Assembly: GCA_035221665.1 (NCBI GenBank)
Contig: CM069140.1
Span: 23,560,001-23,624,000, forward strand
Length of the DNA: 64,000 bases
From: Okamejei kenojei
Lineage: Eukaryota
Direction: 5' to 3'
The translations under genes were made by a program, and so were the position numbers. This document shows positions 1-64,000 of this stretch, piece by piece; the stretch's first letter is position 1; every line of letters starts with the position of its first letter. The notes under the pieces were generated by a model that was not told the DNA's origin, made no database searches, and worked only from the letters and a program-made list of their open reading frames with translations.

Positions 1-205
1 TTCTTTTGGATGCTCCAGATTCCTCCCACATTCCAAAGGAGTGGGGGATTGTAGGTTAATTGGCTTCTGTAAATCGCACCAGTGTGTAGAGACTGGATGG
101 GAAAGAGGGATAACGTGGAACTCGTGTGAACGGATAAGCGATAGTTGGTGAGGACTTGGTGGACCAAAGGACCTGTTTGCATGTTGTAACTCTAAACTAA
201 ACTAA
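1..205 (+). mobile_element. HE1-like SINE, 3' part
   Basis: gctccagattcctcccacattccaaag core, CR1-like 3' end, (ctaaa)n tail. Confidence 0.7.
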
Positions 206-689
206 AAGCAAAATAAACCTGATCTCCTGTCCCCAGGATAAGAGCACTTGCTAATGAACAGTGCCCGTCCATTTTTTTTTTTACAAATTGAAGAAATCAT
301 TGTGCTCCTGTCTATTAAACTTTACTGGGGCTCTGAGGTCTGAGATACAAAGTGTAACTACATTGAACAGGACTCCATTAAAATAGGCTGTGAGCCAAAG
401 TAATGACGTTTTATAAGAGTTTGGAAGATTCTTTGGCCTCCGGTTAGCAGCTGATGGATGTTGTTTAGTTATTACAAATCAGGGTGAGCTCAGCATTTAT
501 GTGGATGGTTGCCGAGTTAGAAGATGCTGCAGCAACACATCCTCAGCATTCCTGTTGTAGTCAGTGGACTTCCGTCCCTCTGCCAGCCACAACGCGAGGA
601 AGAGGGAGAATACACACATCCTCAATCCCCGGGGCTAGCGAGAGTCAGTCTGGAATAGTGTGTGCGTGTGCGTGTGTGTGTGTTCCGCT

Positions 690-790
690 CTGACACTCGC
701 CGCTCCTGTTCCTGGTTTTTCAGCGAATGTCGCTAACTTGACGGTCGCCGGCAGTCGGCTGAAAAATCGCCCAAGTGGGACAGGCCCATA
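690..790. mobile_element. PIF/Harbinger-type MITE terminus
   Basis: Ends in aagtgggacaggccc, the same terminus type as the MITEs at 36357 and 53486. Confidence 0.5.
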
Positions 791-880
791 ACAATGTTAA
801 TTTTAAGTATAGATGTTCTGAGAACTCTCTGTAACCTGAGGTTTCTGTAGGTCGGAAACACTGTCAGGTGAGATCGCTCT

Positions 881-975
881 TATAACCATATAACCATATA
901 ACAATTACAGCACGGAACAGGCCCTCTCGGCCCTTCCAGTCCGTGCCGACCATTTGTTTTCCCCTAGTCCCATCT
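881..975 (-). mobile_element. CR1-type LINE 3' tail fragment
   Basis: (ataaccat)n tail followed by acagcacggaacaggccc...ggccc stem. Confidence 0.6.
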
Positions 976-1089
976 AGGGTTGAGATAGCAAGGTTGCACA
1001 GGTAGATTAATTAGCTACAGATCAGCACAGATCAGTTAATTTTAGGTCTTAGTTAGAATTACTTAATTCGTACAGATCTGTACTATAGA

Positions 1090-1830
1090 TTCAAAACATG
1101 CCGGAACATTGGAATTGCCAGACCAAAAGTTTCAACCTGCGTTCATGAGATATAGAAAGGCAGGGGGAAAAAGATAAGAAATTAAATTCACGGTTGGGAT
1201 ATGTGAAATTAAACTTTTACGAAAAAAGAGAAGAGACACTATAAACTTGAGGGCAGAATTTAAAAGGAAAAGAGAGATCTGGGACATACAAGCACTGTTC
1301 ATTGAATGGGTAGGGTAGGTTGAGAAAGTATGGAGGATCGTGGGCTTCATAAAGAGAGACATAGAATACAATAATAAGAAAATCATGATCCTTTATAAAC
1401 TTTGGTTTGGTCATATTTGGAGCATTCTTTCTGCTTCTGGGCCCTATTTAAGAAACGATGTAACATGCTTTTTAGTTGGCAAGGTAAAGATTTAGTAATA
1501 TTATTCCAGTAAAGAGGCATTTGTGTGGATATAATGGAGAAGCCGGTACTGTTCTCCAAAGAATTGGAGGTTGCCCCAGAATCTGAAAGAGATAGTTTTA
1601 GTCAGCCAGGTAGATAGAGAGAGACAGAATCAAGAACCAGAAAATCTAAATGAAGGTAATTGGCAACAGAACCGAATCAGATGTGAGGAAAAGCCTTTTT
1701 TACACAGTGTCTGGGTAAAAATGGGAGCTCACTGCCTGGGAAGGGAGGTTCAGAGTAGAATAGGATACGTGTATGAAAGGAAAGAACGTAGGGCTGTGGG
1801 GAGAGAGTGGGGTAGTGCTCCTACATAATG
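1090..1830 (+). mobile_element. Highly decayed CR1/L2 LINE, RT C-terminal region
   Basis: Recognisable CR1 3' ORF2 motifs (tataaactttggtttggtcatatttggag, ttctgggccctatttaagaaacgatgt). Confidence 0.5.
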
Positions 1831-3077
1831 ACTATGTGGATGTGATGCACACAATGACTTTCTTCTAAAAGTAAGAATGTAATTGCTCTATCTGGCACAT
1901 TTGACAATAAAACACTCTTGACTATACTATACCTATTCTGTGATAACTGGATATGAAAGCTTTGTGGTAACTAACTGTCAGGATTTTGCCTCAATTGAAT
2001 TTATTAGAGTGAACAAGTAACTGCTGCAATAATCAACATAAACAGGAGAGGATTTGGCAAAACTGATGGTCCTAGGATAGGGTTGTTGGCCTCACCTTGT
2101 ACTCTACTAAAGTTAATAATAATTACAGATAAAAAAGGTTTTGGGAGTGAATATTGATGAATGATTTGAATATTTATTCACATAAAGCACCATCTTGATT
2201 CTAACAAAATGAATACAGGTAGGTGGGATGCAATACTTTGTGCAATACAGGAAAATGAAATAAAACGTGTTGAATGATAGCAAATTTAATTTCTTTCCCC
2301 CAACAAGGACTGTTCAGTGATTGCATCAGCTATTGCAATAGATCAACAAAGTGCAAAACTTACCACAATAGGAAAGTAATAAAAGTGGGAAGAAGGGGCC
2401 ACCACCAGGGCGAGCAAAAAAAGGAGAGAGGGGAGAAAACATAAATTATTTTAATCAGGGCGGGGATCTTTGAAACAAAAATAGCAATAAATTCCAGCAA
2501 TAAAAGTAAATTAAAAAGACAACATCAATCAAACTCACTCAAATAGCACAGCAGAGCAGGCAGCATCTGTATAAGAGGGTTAACATGTTCACACCACAAG
2601 ATAAGTGATCATGATGTAAAGGAAGCTAACAGTGATCACCATTGGACAGGCAAACAGGCTAGTAAGGTACTTTACCATGCAATGTTGCGATGTGTGACTC
2701 GTGAATAATGAACGCAAATAATTGCATTGAAGAAAAAATGTATGTCAGAACTAGTAAAAATAATAACCTTACTGCCAATAGCAGTGAGAGGCAATAATAT
2801 GCCTGTGAAACAAAAAATAAATAAAAGCTAGCGATGATGGAAGTGACTCATTCACAGGACTCTTCATTAGTGAGAAAATGTTTATTTGACACGCACTGTC
2901 TGTGAGATCTGTTCATTTGAAAGCATTTCATATGACCTCAGCAGAAGAACTTACAATTCTGAGATCAAAAGAAATGACTTCACAACAGAATCCCCACAGG
3001 CAGCACACAGGGCAAAGCATTCGCATGAGTCTCAGAATAAACATTAGTGCTCCAACATCAACTGAAGTGATACCTAC

Positions 3078-60890
<57,813 letters not shown>

Positions 60891-62327
60891 CTAGGGAATT
60901 AAACAGAGTTAATGAGATAGTGTAACAGAAAACACAGAGGTTTCTGTATCAGTAACTAACCATGATGTTGGTATGAACATCAAATGACTAAGGACAGAAA
61001 TTTCAATCCTATTTCAGCTTTTGTTAAATCGCTGTAAGCTATCAGATCCAATTCACTGCACAGGAAAAATAAATTAGAAGTTACAGATTTATCCATTGGA
61101 AGATTTAGTCAAGTAAAGGGCATGTTACCTCGGCATGGGCTGCAAAGATATTGTACTTAAGGCTTACGATCTAAGTACCCCAAAATAAAGTTCTTCAAAA
61201 TACAGGCTAAAATTCCTAACCAGCAACTTGTGAAAAACAAGAAAATTGCAGCAGCTTAAAATGTGAAAATACTGGAAACTCAGCAGGTCAGGCAGTATCT
61301 GCGGAAAGAGAAACAGTTAATATTTCAGCTGTGGGAATCTTTAAAGAGTTTTGAAGATTCCTGGACCCGAGATGTTAACTCTTTCTCTGTCCACAGATGC
61401 TGCCAGATCCGCTGAATGGATGACTTCCACAATTCCTTTGCGCTCTCGAAAGTTGAAAGTGAAGCTGGTGCTTTCTCAATAATTGAAAGTGACAAGTGCG
61501 GAGAATTATTTATTTAAGAAAGAACTGCAGATGTTGGAAAAATCGAAGGTAGACAAAAATGCTGGAGAAACTCAGCGGGTGAGGCAGCATCTATGGAGCG
61601 AAGGAATAGGCGATGTATTGGGTCGAGACCCTTCTTCAGACTGATGTGAGCAGGGGGCGGGATAAAGAAAGGAAGAGGCGGAGACAGTAGTAAGAACTAC
61701 TTATTACTTAATTACTTAAAGTGGGGAGAACTAGATGACTAATGTAGTAAAGCAGTCGTATAATCTTTTCATTCCAGCCTCAAGTATACCTATGAAACAT
61801 TGATGATCACTTGCAACAGTCCCTAAGAGATGTTAATGAATAAACATCCATGAATAACCATCCAAGAGTCCCAAAATCCATAATGAAACAAACCCCTAAT
61901 GTTCAATGTTGACAACAGTCTTGTCGTTGATTACATTAATGTCTGTTTGAGTAGAAATCATGAATCCAAGGATCTATCAGTCAGTTTGCACAACATTCAT
62001 TTTCATTTAATGATTCCCTTGTGCATCTCATGACTGCAGATTTTCAGTATGCCTTTACCTGTAACTGCTTCCACTCAGTGTGGCTCAGTGATAGCAACCA
62101 GCTGGCAGATTCCTTGCCACAGAGAATGCAGCAGATGTTTACTAAGGACAATCTCAAGCAGATCTGGGCTTGGATGGCCTGACTTCAGACGAGACCGTCT
62201 CCCGCCCAGTGCAGCAGTATGGGATAGACAGACATCCAGGCAGTGGAAAGGGTAATATATCGTAAGGCTGAGTTGCCTGCCACCAGTGGTAGATGTATGG
62301 AGGTGCGACTGCTTATATGAATGTTGG

Positions 62328-63523
62328 CAGGCACGTGCCGTGAGTAATTACTCAGGATAGGTAGTCAGTCGGCTTTCAAAAAATCTTAAACCGCGCATGC
62401 GCAGATTGTTCTCTCCGTAAACATAAAGAATAAAAATAAAGAAAGTAACAATTCATTGACCAAGGTTCCAAATCTCCTTCATTCTGAATTACTGAATGGG
62501 TGGGGGTGGGGAGTGACGGCAGGTGGGGGGAGGATGGTGGGAAAAACGGGAGCACACCAGGACAAGTTGAATCATTTGTGATCTTATTAATTGACAATAA
62601 TGAATGAATGAATGAATACGTTTATACTAATATTAGTTCAAGGGACCAATTGGGGGGGAGAGTTCCTTTCACAGCGTGAAAGCGTGAGTCTGGCCAGGGG
62701 TAAAGTTGCGGGGAGGTGAGAAGGAGGTGGGCGGGGAACATGCCAGCAACTCACTCACTTACCGCTGCCGCAGCACTCCGGGCGCGGAGCCAACGCATTG
62801 TGGCCGGGGAGGGAAGCAGCTCGGGTGGCTGTGAGCGGCAGCCGAGACCTCAGCGCCTTCTGCTCACCTCTGGCTGTGCTCTCTGTCTGAACAGTGAGGG
62901 GACCAGCTCAAGAGCAAAGATCATAGAGCGGAGCGGGTCAGCAGGCGATGGATAACAGGACAGTGGACACTCCTGTGTCAGCGCGAACAACGGATCAATT
63001 ACGTTACTCGCACTAACACATGGAGTAAGCTCCACCGCCCGCTGTCCTGTTATCCATCGTCCGCTGACCCGCTCTTGAGCTGGTGGCTCTGGCATGATCC
63101 CCGACCCCCCCCCCTTCTGAACGCTCCTGCCCTCCCGCAACTTTACCCCTGGCAGACTCCCCAAATGCTGTGAAAGGAACTCCCCCTCCCCCCCCGAGGC
63201 GCTGTCCTTTTACAGCCGCTTCCCACTTTACAGCCGCTTGCGCTGTGCATGTGCAGTACACAGTCCACGCTGCAAAGGAAGAATTTCAGCTGCCTTCAGC
63301 TCTGCTTGAAATTGACGGCTTGAAGCAGCGTCGACGGCACGTGAGCTGCACATACTTTCATGTATTACATGTACTGCGCATGAAAGGCATGGACCTAAGT
63401 GATCGATCTCTTAGGTAGGCATAATTCTCCGTGCCTTTACCATTTATATTTAATAATTGTCATTTTATAATTTTAGTCAGGGTAGGCAGTGCCTACCTTG
63501 CCTACGCTGACAGCACGTGCCTG
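62328..63523. mobile_element. Complete non-autonomous hAT element, about 1.2 kb
   Basis: TIRs CAGGCACGTGCCGT / ACAGCACGTGCCTG; 8-bp TSD AATGTTGG / AATGTTAG. Confidence 0.85.
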
Positions 63524-63581
63524 AATGTTAGGTTAGGTACGAAGAGTAACTGCTGGAGATTGTTGTTCAGAAAGTGTCAAC

Positions 63582-64000
63582 AGAAACATAGAAAATAGGT
63601 GCAGGAGCAGGCCATTCGGCCCTTCGAGCCTGCACCGCCATTCAATATGATCATGGCTGATCATCCAACTCAGTATCCTGTACCTGCCTTCTCTCCATAC
63701 CCCCTGATTCCTTTAGCCACAAGGGCCACATCTAACTCCCTCTTAAATATAGCCAATGAACTGGCCTCAACTACCTTCTGTGGCAGAGAATTCCAGAGAC
63801 TCACCACTCTCTGTGTGAAAAATGTTTTCCTCATCTCGGTCCTAAAGGAATTCCCCCTTATCCTTAGACTGTGACCCCTTTTTCTGGACCTCCCCAACAT
63901 CGGGAACAATCTTCCTGCATCTAGCCTATCCAACCCCTTAAGAATTGTGTAAGTTTCTATAAGATCCCCCACAGTCTTCTAAATTCTAGCGAGTACAAGC
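63582..64000 (-). mobile_element. Well-preserved CR1 LINE 3' end, runs off the window
   Basis: GDLIETYTILKGLDRLDAGRLFP...FFTQRVVSLWNSLPQKVVEA..FKRELD; (tttctatg)-type tail. Confidence 0.92.

Noticed and set aside
2670-2679. CATGGTAAA|gtacc as the DGK-type 9-nt microexon
   Set aside because: No acceptor AG or pyrimidine tract immediately upstream.

Overview
Eukaryotic vertebrate DNA, very likely a cartilaginous fish such as a skate or ray (inferred from HE1-type SINEs and the CR1, Rex1 and Penelope repeat mix). The whole window lies inside one gene on the minus strand, DOCK7 (DOCK-C Rac/Cdc42 GEF). I traced 29 GT-AG exons from 60890 down to 3078. They splice into one open frame of about 1266 codons, from the start of the DHR-1 (C2) domain into DHR-2, and the gene continues beyond both ends of the window. 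The introns are dense with transposon relics: HE1 SINEs, CR1 and Rex1/Babar LINEs, Penelope-like elements, hAT and PIF/Harbinger non-autonomous elements, a Helitron and a probable solo LTR. Points most worth follow-up: (1) about a dozen copies of a minimal hammerhead-ribozyme motif in Penelope-derived repeats, some as tiny TSD-flanked inserts; (2) candidate extra microexons and poison exons, the best being an 18-nt in-frame exon at 20645-20662; (3) a decayed tandem copy of a DOCK7 exon; (4) several long foldback structures in the pre-mRNA. Exon coordinates were read to the base; most repeat boundaries are approximate. Family and orthology calls come from motif recognition and memory, not database searches.
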